A stretch of DNA of 38,865 nt from Malacoraja senta (Eukaryota). Shown piece by piece: positions 22,262 through 33,624 of this stretch. The notes under the pieces were generated by a model. That model was given only the letters and a program-made list of their open reading frames with translations. It searched no databases and was not told the DNA's origin. Every line of letters starts with the position of its first letter. Positions within the stretch are counted from its first letter, which is position 1. The DNA is taken from contig JAXLNO010000068.1 in the NCBI GenBank assembly GCA_038087875.1, forward strand, positions 62,001-100,865, written 5' to 3'. Made by a program: the position numbers and the translations under genes.

Positions 22262-23788
22262 GTTCCGTCATCCGTGGGATAAATCTTAACCAGACTCTGC
22301 ATCGTATTGTAGGTACCGCCTTACTTGAAAGATATATAGTGTCAGGGCATAATGTTCAGCTGATCAAGTGCTAGTAAATGGGAATTAGTAAATGGATAGC
22401 ACAGGTGTAGATAGGTGTTTGGCCTGTGTCTCTACTGTGTGACTAAATGACTCTCGGACCAGTGTATACACGTTTCTCCATTTGTAGTATCACCGTCAGT
22501 CGTTAGAGCAGGACTTCGCTACACTAGCCTTGTATGGGCCGGGCTCTTGGTAGGGATGAGGACTTTATTCATTGGACCACAGGAAGCTGAATGTTGCTTA
22601 TAAAGGTATATACGGGGAATAGATCGAGAGAATGCACAGTCTTTTCTACAGAATGGGGAATCAAAAAACAGAGATCATGGGTATATGGTGAGAGGAGCAA
22701 GATTTACAAGGAACCTGACGGGAAGACTCTACACTCAGACAGCGATACATGTACGGAACGAGCTATCAGATGCGGTCGTTGAGATATGTTGAGTCGATGC
22801 TGGCATTTCTAGTCACTACGTTTGGAAATCTAGCTGCCATCTGGACAGTAGCAAGAGGTAAATAGGTGACCATCTTTCGTTATTTGTGTTGAGCAATAAA
22901 TGTTCGGCAGCAACTGATTCTGGATCAATGTTCAGGTGCCCTGATGCGCCAGTTTGCACTCTAATGCGGAGTGCGGCATTCTTGTATTTGGTGAAACGCC
23001 ACCATATCGTGCAGTTACTTCCACAGCACCGGGGATTTGATCAGGTCATCCATTTATAACATTAGATGTCCCTCCTCTCTCCACGATGTCTTCAGAGTGA
23101 TCTGAGTATTTCCTGTTTTCCTCTTGTATGCGTAGATGCCCGACAATTACTGCGGACTACAATACAGCAGCAGCGTTTTGCTGTGTTACTCCTCCTGCCC
23201 CAGTCTTCACTTTCTCTTCGCATTTGTCCAACTGTTTGTTTGTGCTTAACAACCATTCATCAGGTCTCTTGAATATCAATGTCATCTATGAATCTGAATC
23301 GCCATCACAGTACGATCATTCCAGCTCTGATCATACCTTCTGAACCTTCTGAATTTGTAGTCGGCAGGGCAGTACTCTGCATATCGTCCACTTGATATTT
23401 GGTATTTGGTACATATTTGGTTCTTACCTCTGATCATTGGGTTTGGTTAGGTTAGGCTAGGAATGTTACTGTCACAAGTACGGAGACACAGTGAAAAGCT
23501 GTGTTGCCTCCTATCCACTCAGATCAGACATACAATACATAGATACAATCAGTTGAAACGAAGTAATTAGATCGAGCAACAGGAATAATAGAGGCAGCAT
23601 ATAGTTCATGATATAGAATATCATCCTGAATATGATTTTTTGTTTAAATCAAACTTTAAATTGTCCGTATATTTTAATAATGAATAACATTTGCTTAAGC
23701 TGCATCGCATAATTCCGTTCTTCGTGGAACTCGATATGTGCAATCGGAGAATTCATGCTCTGCAAAAACACAAATAAAAAATGTGTAC

Positions 23789-24485
23789 TGTTGTCGGAAA
23801 CGTTGAGAATCTAAAGGAAGATGAGTAAGTTGTAGTTTGTTTAACCTTGCAGCTCACATACTGGGGAGCATGATTGGAGCGTTGCTAAGATAGAATGTAG
23901 TTAAATTAGCTAAAGTTGAAACATTCTGCTGAGAAACAGGCTTCCTTATCAGTAGGGGGAGGATAGTCTTTTGTAGTCCTGTCCACAGTAGGTTCATATC
24001 TGTTGCAATCTTGGATTACAGCTACCTTTGGTTACTCTGTTTAGCAGGCACGTCTCCAAAAGGTTCACAAACGATCTCCTTTACGAGGGGACTCCATTTG
24101 TCGAGAAGAATCTGGACATTTATGATATCTACATGTTAGATACATGGGAAGGAAATTTCTAAACAACAAGAAACCCAAGATTAAAGTTAACTTTGGGGAA
24201 ACGCAAAGATGAAAGGTTACAGAGACATTGATTAATGATGTTGTATTTCAACTCCACAAGTAACCATTGTGTCATGAGGGTAGAAGAATCCTACAGTTAC
24301 CGTGGGAGTTTGAAGCAGCTTGAGCTTCCTCACACTGTTTCGCGATGTACATCGCCGAGGCCTGTATTAAATCGACTTGTTCGGTTGCCTCACCACTGAT
24401 CTATGAGCTGTTTTATTTGTTGTCTGTGCCTATCTGGGTACAGTTAGATATAGGGTACGGGTAAAGCACAAAATCCCTTCCTACA
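23789..24485. mobile_element. Solo LTR (697 bp) with 5-bp target site duplication
   Basis: TG...CA termini; tgtac at 23784-23788 and 24486-24490; absent at the homologous position of the other D copies. Confidence 0.75.
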
Positions 24486-25099
24486 TGTACAACACATGTT
24501 ATTAAACTGTACCGACGTGCGCAGGTGGAGCGAAGGATGATGTAGTCCGTCGATAAACCATGAGACATCCCGCTGGATTTGTGGTGTTGTACACAATTAC
24601 GATGTGAGACGCATGGAGTTTTAGCTTTTGGGTTATGTTCATTATTGTCACATGTACCGAAGAACATTAAACCCTTTGTTTTTCATGCTATTCAGACTGA
24701 TCAGATGTACCATAAATAGATGCAATCAGTTCAGAGGCGAGGACAGAGGGTGCTGCGTCTATGTATTCATACAGGGGTGGTGGGAATATAGATTTGCACA
24801 GACGGTGTTGGGTACATAGAATGAGCTGCCAAAGGTCGTCGCTGAGGCAGAAGCTATGACAATATTTAAAACACATTGGACAGGTGCATGGATAGAAAGG
24901 TTTAGAGTGATTTTTGCCAAACACTGTAAGGGTGCTAGCGTAGATGGGGCACATTAGTCGGCATGGGCGAGCTGGGTTGAAGGAGCTGTTCCCTTACTGT
25001 GTGACTCCATGACAATAGGTAGATATACAGAGTACAGAATGAGGTTCTCAGATTTGTAGCTTCTCGTGGACCATCATTTTTTTAAACAAAGTCCAATGT

Positions 25100-26020
25100 G
25101 TACACTGGGGCAATACGAATCGAACAGTATCCTCGCATATGGAGGGATCGGGCAGAAGCCCGATAACGATGGAAAATAAGCCATTCCGCTGTGATGTGCG
25201 CTTTCAACCTTCGGTACCTTCTGGCAGATAAGAGAACAGGCAAGAAGAACTGACCCAATTTAGACATCTTTGATGATGTTGGGTATTTTTTTCCCCCGAA
25301 GAAGCGTGAAGTGTAGATGGAGACAATGGTGTGACGTCAGGTCTGCATGATGGATTGGGCTACATTTACAACTCTCTCCAAATTCTCCCGGTCTTGTCAG
25401 ATCTGTACCCAAACCACAATGTAATCCATCCCGACAATATGATTTCTATGCTCCATCTCTAGAAGTTTTATAAGAATCACTGTAGACATGTCAATTGTCC
25501 CCGTCTCATGATGAAGTAGAGATGATGGTGTACCTTCGTTGGTTACGCATCATTGTGATTGCTCCAAGACATATCGTTGGATGATGTGACACATGGAACT
25601 TGAGCTCTTAGCCATTCCGTGCCGTTGATGCAGATTGGGGCAACTACTCTACACTGCTTCCAGAACTCCAAAACTATCTCCTTCGTCTTGAAAGAGGGGC
25701 CATTGTCATGACAACATGTCAATAAGCTCACTATCCCCTTCATGTACTCGGTCCCGCCATTGCCCATCATTCGACCATTCACGATGATGTCTTCTGCAAA
25801 CTCATAGGTACAATTAGAGCAGAATATGGCCATACGTTCGCGAGTGTAAAGGTGACATAGTGGCGAACTTGGAACGGATCCTTGCGGTGCTCCAGTCTTC
25901 GAAGTTATTGTTGAAGAGGTGTCACTTATCCTTATTAATTGTGGGCTGTGGGAGCTAAAATTGAGCATCCGGTGATAGAGCGGGGAGGTGATCCCTCGGT
26001 CCAGGAGATTGGAATATATC
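25100..26020 (-). mobile_element. Degraded Rex1/Babar- or L2-group LINE RT fragment
   Basis: TGAPQGSV..PL..LYT, FAED (degenerate FADD), KTKEIVLEF, DMSWSNH. Confidence 0.7.
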
Positions 26021-26022
26021 AT

Positions 26023-26125
26023 CTTCCAACCTGCACAGAGTGGAGGATCTCCTCAATTGTTGTTCCTTTGACAGCCTCTTCCACCGCAGATAAATATTGA
26101 CTCCATCTCTGCACCGAAAGTAAAT
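26023..26125 (-). pseudogene. Fragment of module A
   Basis: FGAE..VNIY..EEAVKGTTIEEILHSVQVG (frameshifted). Confidence 0.4.
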
Positions 26126-26429
26126 GGTTGCGCCGGAAAATATGACAAACTTTCAAAGACAATTAGACTGCCTCATGAATAGGAACGATGTAGAGTAATG
26201 TGGCCGAAAGGTGGGTGCGAGTGACTGGTGCAGAAGGGGCACATTGGTCGGCCTGGGCAAGATGGGTTGAAAGTCCCGTTACCATGCCGTAGGACTCGAT
26301 GACTCTATAACAATAGATAGACCAATGTGGAAGATACAGAGTGCACAATATAGTTCGCAGGATTGCAGTGCATCAGCTACTGAGAAAATGTCTTATATCC
26401 GCAATGGGGGAGAAGCGAATTGAAGAGTA

Positions 26430-26855
26430 CACTAGCCCAAGGAGGGACAGTTTAGAAGCCTGTTAACGGAGGGAAATGAGTTATTCCTTAATCCGGTGGT
26501 GCTCACTTTCAAACTTCTGTACGTTGTGCGGGACTTCAGTTGGGAAAGAAGAACTGACCGGTCTGGACAGGTCTGATTACGTTCGGTGTTTTTTTTTGAG
26601 GCAGCGTAAAGTGTAGATGGAGTCAATGGTGGGACGTCTGGTGTGTGTGTGATGGATTGGGCTGCGTTAATAACTCTGCAATTTCTCGAGGTGTTGGCAG
26701 ACTTGTTCCCAATCAATCTCTGATGGAACTCGACAATATGCTTTCCACGGTACATCCCGAGAAGCTTGTAATAGTCACTGGAGACATGTCAAACTTACAC
26801 AGTCTCCTCATGAAGTAGAGGCATTGATGTGCCTTCTTGGATGTTGCATCGATGT
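26430..26855 (-). mobile_element. Degraded Rex1/Babar- or L2-group LINE 3' fragment
   Basis: RVINAAQSIT..YRSLKVSTTGLRNNSFPSVNRLLN; homologous to 25190-25540. Confidence 0.65.
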
Positions 26856-26859
26856 TCTG

Positions 26860-28475
26860 CTTACCAACTGCACAATGTAGCGGATCTGGTCAATCGCCCG
26901 TCGTTTCACAGCCAGTTGATTCGAGTAATAAATCTGGACTTCTGATTCTACACCGCTTCAAAAATATCATCTTCTTTAAAAGAGATTGGGCCAAGGCTTA
27001 ATACTCTGTGGACCAAGTGCTAGTACATGTGATTCTGTAATTGGATAGCATTTACACAGATATTTGCTGGGCCTGTTTCTTTGTGCTATGACGACGAGTC
27101 TTGGTCCAGTCTCTGCACGATTCTCCACATGTGTATTACCGTCAGTAGCTATAGCAGGACTGTACTACTCTTTCCTTGTGTGTCCAAGCAGTAGGGAGAG
27201 GTGATGACTTTATTCCTTGGACTGAAGGAAGGTGCGCAGTGGGAATATCAAGGTGTTTACAACCATGAGAGGAAAAGGTAGGATGAATGCAGTATTTTAC
27301 CCATGATGGTGAATCAAAAATCAGATATCATATGTTTAAGGTTAGAGGGGCAGGATTTTCTAGGAACCTGAAGAGATGACTTGGCGCAAAGAGGGTGCTG
27401 GGAACATGGTACGAACTTTGATAAGATCATGCGCTTCTGACATTACATATTTTTCCTCCCTGGACGGATGCCATCAGAGTCTTCTGAGTATATTATGTTT
27501 TACTCCAGCATTGCAGAGGCCCGGTAACTAATACGGTCCGCGATACAGTATCAGTTGTTTGACAATGATCGGTTTCCTGAGCCCACTCTTCACCTTGACT
27601 TCGCATTTGTCCAACAGTTCTTTTGTGTTTGACCCCATTCAACACCTTCTCTTTTATAGCAAAACTGTTTGTGTTACATTGATAATCTTAGTCGTCATCA
27701 TAGTACGAACATCTCTCTCTGATCATAGTTGCTAATCAAGTCAGATCATTAGGTTAGGTGAGGTTGGGCTCGGTTTAATATCGTCACATGTTCCAAGGTA
27801 CAGTGAAGAGTGTGTCCATTCAGTTAGAAATGCCAGACATAGATACAATCAGTCCTGCAGAAGAAGCGAAGAGGAAGATACTGAATTCAGAATATAGTTC
27901 ATTACATTGAATATCATGCTGAACATTGTTGGTTATTTCCACCGAACCCCGAATCGCGGGGTGAAATGACTTGGAGCGAGGCCTAACATCCCCCGGCTCG
28001 ACTTAAAGGCCGCGGGACTTACTATCGCCTGCCGGGGGCTTTAACATCTGGAGCCCCAGTTCGCCTCGACGCTGCAGTTGTACTGCTGGACCGCGGGAGA
28101 AGAACAAAGGGAAGAGATAAGACTTTTGCCTTCCATCACAGTGAGGATGTGTTGGAGATTCACTGTGATGGATGTTTTTGTAAAGTGTGTTAAGTGTGGG
28201 TCTTGGCTTTTTTGGTAATGTTAAGTCTGTAGAAAATGCAATTCCGTTCAAACCACGCTGTTTGAATTACAATAAAAGGCATTCTATTCTATTCGATTCG
28301 ATTCTGAATTGTCCGTTATGAGAATGAACAATATTTGTCTTCAAGCCACATGGCATAATTTCATTCTCCGTAGAACTGGATAAGGGCAGTAGGAGAATTC
28401 GAGTTCTGTGAAAACACAAAGCAAATAATTTGTGCAAAAATATTATTTAAGCGCGCAGAAGTACACATCTGGAAC
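26860..28475 (-). pseudogene. Repeat unit IV of candidate M-like endogenous element (D 28475-28306 and 27954-27905; C 27755-27400; B 27195-27095; A 27012-26860)
   Basis: D: IICFVFSQNSNSPTALIQFYGE*NYAMWLE; C: LLDKCEVKVKSG..KQLILYRGPY*LPGL..TQKTLMASVQGGKIC; A: HRVLSLGPISFK..GVESEVQIYYS. Confidence 0.45.
27955..28305 (+). mobile_element. 5'-truncated copy of the GC-rich non-autonomous retroelement splitting module D
   Basis: 3' end homologous to 22050-22260; (attct/attcg)n tail; gaat duplicated at the flanks. Confidence 0.7.
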
Positions 28476-28477
28476 CT

Positions 28478-29233
28478 AGATACATAGATATATAGATATA
28501 TAGACAATAGGTGCAGGAGTAGGACCTTCGAGTCATCACCGCCATTCAATGTGATCATGGCTGATCATCCACAATCAGTACCCCGTTCGTGTCTTATCCC
28601 CATATACCATGACTCCACTAGCCCACAGAGCTCTATATAGCTTTATTTTGAATGCATCCAGTAAATCGGTCTCCACGTGCTTCTGAGTCAGAGAATTCCA
28701 CAAATTCACAACTCTCTGTCTGTACAAGTTTTTCATCATCTCAATTCTAAATGGCCTACCCCTTGTTCTTAAACTGTGGCCCCAGTTTCTAAACTCCCCC
28801 AACATCGGGGACATGTTTTCTGTATCTAGCGTGTTCAATCCCTTAATAATTTTATGTCTCAAGAAAATCCCCCCTCATGCTTCTAAATTCCAGTAAATAC
28901 AAGCCCAGTCGCTCCATGATTTCATCATTGCCAGTCCCGCCACCCAGGGAATTAACCTCGTGAACCTATGCTGCACTCCCACAATGGTAAGAATGTCCAT
29001 CCGCAAATGAGGAGACCAAAACTGCACACAACCCTCCAGGTGTGGCTTCACCGGGGTCCTGTACAACTGCAGAAGGACCTCTTTGCGCCGATACGCAACT
29101 CACAACTTCTCGTTATGAAGGCCAACCTGCCATTAGCGTTCTTAATTGCCTGTTGTACCTGCATGCTTACTTTCAGTGACTGATGTACAAGAACGCCCAT
29201 GTCTCGTTGTACTTCCCCTTTTCCTCACCTGAT
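28478..29233 (-). mobile_element. CR1 LINE 3' fragment
   Basis: PHLEGCVQFWSP, FTRLIP, RGRPFR..RVVNLWNSL and family tail. Confidence 0.88.
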
Positions 29234-29629
29234 ACCAGGAGCTCCTCCAGCCGGTGAGTAAAACAAAAGTCAAACAAAAGTCGGAAGGTAAGTGGAGTTA
29301 CTTTTCACTTACAGGAGCGTTTCCTTCCCGTTTAGACTTGTTGGTGGAGCTCCACACAAGTTTATTATAGAGAAATGGGAAGGAGAGGCCAGGGACGCAC
29401 CGTAGTAAAACCCCAGATCATAAGGGTAGCGGGCGTCAGTCAGAGGAGTCAGTGGCAGCGAAGCCATTAGCTCCCGTTGTGGTCGAATGTGCGTTAAACC
29501 GCCGCGGACGGGCGCAAGGCTGAGAAAAAAAAAAATCGGCCCGACCTGTAGAGTCAGACCCGGAGGTACACAAAAATGCTGGAGAAACTCAGCGGGTGCA
29601 GCAGCATCTATGGAGCGAAGGAAATAGGT

Positions 29630-29657
29630 AACGTTTCGGGCCGAAACCCTTCTTCAG
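29630..29657 (-). ncRNA. Minimal type I hammerhead ribozyme motif (Penelope pLTR)
   Basis: Identical to the motif at 453-480. Confidence 0.7.
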
Positions 29658-29778
29658 ACTGATAGGGGGTGGGGAGAAGAAAGGAAAAAAGGAAAAGGAG
29701 GAGGAGGAGCCCGAGGGTTGGGGGAGGGGAGGGGAGGAGACAACCAGATGGCTGATGAAGGGGAGGGGACAGCCAGGG

Positions 29779-30345
29779 CTAGCAGAATTGGGAGAATTCA
29801 ACGTTCAGGCCACCAGGGTGTAGACTGCCCAAGCGGAATATGAGGTGCATTTCCTCCAATTTACGGTGTTGCTCGCTGTGGCCATGGAGGAGACCCAGGA
29901 CAGAGAGGTCAGATACGGAATGGGAGGGGGAGTTGAAGTGCTGAGCCACCGGGAGTTCAGGTTGGTTATTGCGGACCGACCGGAGGTGTTCGGCGAAACG
30001 ATCGCCAAGCCTCCGCTTGGTCTCACCGATGTAGATCAGCTGGCATCTAGAGCAGCGAATGCAATAGATGAGGTTGGAGGAGATGCAGGTGAACCTCTGT
30101 CGCACCTGGAACGACTGCTTGGGTCCTGGAATGGAGTGGAGGGGGGAAGTGAAGGGACAAGTGTTGCATCTCTTGCGGTTGCAAGGGAAAGTACCAGGGG
30201 AGGGGGTGGTATGGGAGGGAAGGGAAGAATTGACAAGGGAGTTACGGAGGGAGCGGTCTTTGCGGAAGGCAGACATAGGGGGAGATGGGAAGATGTGGCG
30301 AGTGGTGGGGTCACGTTGGAGGTGGCGAAACTGACGGAGGATCAC
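29779..30345 (-). CDS. Penelope GIY-YIG (Uri) endonuclease domain, partial ORF
   Basis: CNRKRCNTC linker, NLIYCIRCSRCQLIYIGETKRRLGDRFAEH, VAQHFN, GGLNVEF. Confidence 0.9.
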   Translation of the reverse strand: MILRQFRHLQRDPTTRHIFPSPPMSAFRKDRSLRNSLVNSSLPSHTTPSPGTFPCNRKRCNTCPFTSPLHSIPGPKQSFQVRQRFTCISSNLIYCIRCSRCQLIYIGETKRRLGDRFAEHLRSVRNNQPELPVAQHFNSPSHSVSDLSVLGLLHGHSEQHRKLEEMHLIFRLGSLHPGGLNVEFSQFC

Positions 30346-31682
30346 TTGTTGTATGTGACGGCTGGTGGGGTGAAAGGTGAGGACTAGGGGGACTCTGCCT
30401 TTGTTGTGAGTGGGGGGATGGGGAGAGAGAGCAGTGTTGCGGGGTATGGCAGAGACCCTGGTGCGAGCCTCATCTATGGTGGAGGAGGGGAACCCCCGTT
30501 CCCTGAAGAATGAGTCAGACCCGGAGGTATGCCCTCCTCAGGCAGGAAAGAGTATTACACTGCAAGGGTCAAAAACGTTTTAACTCCTTATGGGGCAGAT
30601 GATTTGTAAAGAACCCCCACAGGAGGATTTAAGTCGGTGTTGGCCAATGAAGTATAGCACAGGAGGTGCCTTGGAACAGGCACAAGGGTGGCCTACAGGA
30701 GAGCCATCAGTGCCTGTGCAGAAACATTAAAGAGGTTGGCCTACAGGAGAGCCAGTGCCCAAAAATGCCAGAAAAAAGGCAAGTTATGTGTTGGCCTATT
30801 GGAGAGCCAGTACTAGAAATGCCTGAACAAAGGGCAGCACAAACGTGCAATGATAAATGTGCCAGCACCGACAAATATAAAGAGTAAAAATAATGAAGCG
30901 TTGGTCTAGAATTGAGCCAGCGCCAGCAGCACCTGAAGCAGGGCTGCCTGTCCGTGGGCCTACAAGAGAGCCCGCGCAGGGGGAATCTGGCAGAGACTTA
31001 CCTGAAACAGGGGAGCCAGAAATTACCCAACATAAAAATGAATATCTAGATTTAGATGATGATTTAAATGAGGACCAGAGCCCATTATCAGAGCCAAAAA
31101 TGTTCCAAGGCTGGCACAAAACTTTGCTGTTCCCAGAGTAACAGGGGAACCTTTGAGAGAGGAAATAGCTATGTCTATAAATTATCTACTCTCCCATCAG
31201 CCCAGGAATTAACCATGGATGAGACTATCAAAAAATATGAGACCCGGGAAATTGTAGCAGTTACAGCAGTGAATAAACTTGATATGGGTAATTTGAGCAG
31301 TGGTTTACGCTCACAAGAATTGAAATTACACAAGTGCTGATATTTCTGGGGTCAGTGGTTGGGATGAAGGTTATATATCGTATTCACAACAAAATGTAGC
31401 ACTCATGTGTAGTGTGCACTTTGAAATAAATTGTATTCATAAAAATGCAATAAGACCAAATATTCATCCTAAATATGCAGGCTCTGCAAACCATGCAATA
31501 TACAAATGCCTAAATCTGTTTTGGAGAAAATCTAGCAAAGAAACTAAAGGATCACCTATGCTGAGCAGAGCGGTGAGAAGGCAGTATCCCTACAGGCGAA
31601 ATGTGGTGCTGGAGAAGGAACAATCCTATCATTCTCGTATACACGTTGACGTGCTGCACCGAGGATACGTGGAGGTTACAAT

Positions 31683-33129
31683 GTGCCTACTAGAAGGGGA
31701 CAACAACTGCCGGTGGCAAACCCCGAGGTTAGGGGGCTTGGTCTGGTAAGAAACACAACAAATGTTTCACACTCACAAATAGGGGGAAGGTTACGATTCT
31801 TCCTAAAAGAATGGCAATCAATAACAAATGATTCATTTATTCTATGTAGCATTGTAGGATTCAAAATTGAGTTCTCTCCACGTTTGGATCCTCCAATTCA
31901 GCATAATTCAAACTGGTCACGGATTTTCTCAAAGGAAGAGAATGGGTTGATCAAAGGAGAATTGAAAAACTTTATGCAGAAAAGGATGATATAAATGTCA
32001 GGAGAACAACACCATCAGTTTGTGTCAAATATTCTCCTAGGAATATTCTCCTAGAAAAGGGATGGTGGATATAGAATCATTTCCGATCTGACAAATCTTA
32101 ACCTTTATGTACAATAGAAACATTTCAAAATGGAAATATTTACTAATGCCATTTAGCTAGTCACAAAGAATTGCTATAAGGCAAGCATAGATCTGCAAAA
32201 TGCATATTATTCTGCTTGGTCTGATTTCAGCACCAAGATTATTCACTAAATTGCTCAAACCAAATTTTAGCTCTGTTAAGTGCTGAGGGCCATGTATTAA
32301 TGGCTTATTTAGATGATATCCTCATTGTAGGGGACACTTTGGCTGCTGCAAAATTGTCAGTATCCAGAGTCAAATACATTTTGAGAAATTAGGTTTCATT
32401 ATTCACCTACAAAAATCTAAATTGTTACCAAGCAAAAAGATTGATTACCTAGGGTTCACAATTAACTCCGAACACATGGTAATCACTTTGCCAAAAGATA
32501 AAAAGCTGCAGTTAATTGAAGGTTGCATAAAACCCATTAACGAGGACACACCTTCAATTAGAGAAGTGGCAAGTTTGCTAGGCAAATTAATTGCAGGGGT
32601 TCCAGCGGTCACGTTTGGACCATTGCATTATCAATGTTTACAGAGAGCTAAGGTACAAGCGTTAAAAATGAATAGAGGGCATTTTGATAGGACCATGAAA
32701 TTAACAATTCAATCCATTACAGAAATAGAATGGTGGATTAACAATGTTTCTAATGCTTCCAGAAAAGTTCTGGTAGAAACACCTTCCGTCACTCTACAGA
32801 CTGATGTAAGTGTGCTGAGTTGGGGCGCTACTAACATGATTTCCAGCTGTGGAGGTAGGTGGAATGTCAATGAAGTACCTTTGCTGGAAAATCTGGGAAT
32901 CAATTATCTAGAGCTATTAGGCGCATTTTACGGCCTTAGAGCTTATTGCACTGATATGGGAAATGTGCATGTTCAGGTACAGGTTGACAATACTACAGCT
33001 GTAGCATACATAAATCACATGGGTGGTATAAAATCAGAATCTTGTGATAAATTGGCAAATGAAATTTGGACCTGGGGTATTGCTAGAAAAATTTGGCTGT
33101 CAGCAATATATTTACCAGGTAAAAATTAA
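31683..33129 (+). pseudogene. DIRS reverse transcriptase / RNase H (frameshifted, with internal deletion near 32215)
   Basis: GGRLRFFLKEWQSIT, YRIISDL, AYLDD, YLGF, LQTD..WGA, INYLELL, VDNTTAVAYINHMGG. Confidence 0.88.
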
Positions 33130-33585
33130 TACAATTGCAGACAAAAGATCACGTAAATTTAATAATACAGAATGGATGTTAAATCGGAAAATATTCACAC
33201 AAATTATCACACAATTTGGAATGCCAGAAAGTGATCTGGTTGCATCAAGATTGAACCACCAGTTGACTAAGTATGTGTCATGGGAACCTGATCCTGGAGC
33301 AGTAGTGGTGGATGCTTTCTCGCTACATTGGGGTGGTATGTTTCTGTATGCTTTTCCACCATTTTGTTTAATCCACAAATGCATACAGAAAATTAAACAA
33401 GATTCAAGCCTCAGGGATTTTGGTAGTACCAGATTGGCCTACACAGGTATGGTACCCACTGGTGTTAAAAATGATCAAAAACCCCCTTATGGTTATTCCA
33501 AAGCAGATTGAACTGCTTGTACACCCTGTGACTAATGAATCACATCCTTTACATAATCGTATTGGTTTGTTGATTTGCAGATTCT
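33130..33585 (+). pseudogene. DIRS methyltransferase-like domain
   Basis: DLVASRLN..YVSW..VDAF...W...YAFPPF. Confidence 0.75.
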
Positions 33586-33624
33586 AAGAAGGCATATCTT
33601 GGAAAAGGATTATCAGACCGTACG

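Larger units (their letters stand above)
20860..24610 (-). pseudogene. Repeat unit III, the most complete copy of the candidate M-like endogenous element (D 24610-24490 and 23785-23615; C 23435-22780; B 22550-22450; A 22360-22262 and 21282-20860)
   Basis: One frame from ~23179 to 22940 reads KTLLLYCSPQ*LSGIYAYKRKTGNTQITLKTSWREEGHLML*MDDLIKSPVLWK*LHDMVAFHQIQECRTPH*SANWRI; removing the solo LTR and SINE-like inserts rejoins D and A. Confidence 0.5.
29564..30511 (-). mobile_element. 5'-truncated young Penelope-like element (GIY-YIG endonuclease plus pLTR) nested in DIRS
   Basis: Flanked by direct repeat gagtcagacccggaggta (29551-29568, 30512-30529; partly overlapping the element ends); pLTR near-identical to 386-617. 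Confidence 0.92.

Noticed and set aside
20860..22550. B+A as paramyxovirus fusion protein (expected after M; weak signal-peptide-like start)
   Set aside because: No hydrophobic fusion peptide or conserved F cysteine pattern at the expected positions
8345..28475. Modules as short exons of a host gene (AG/GT-like sites flank A and D)
   Set aside because: Homology and plausible frames continue past the putative splice sites, which are not conserved in all copies, and the gaps are TE fragments. This reading is disfavoured but not fully excluded.
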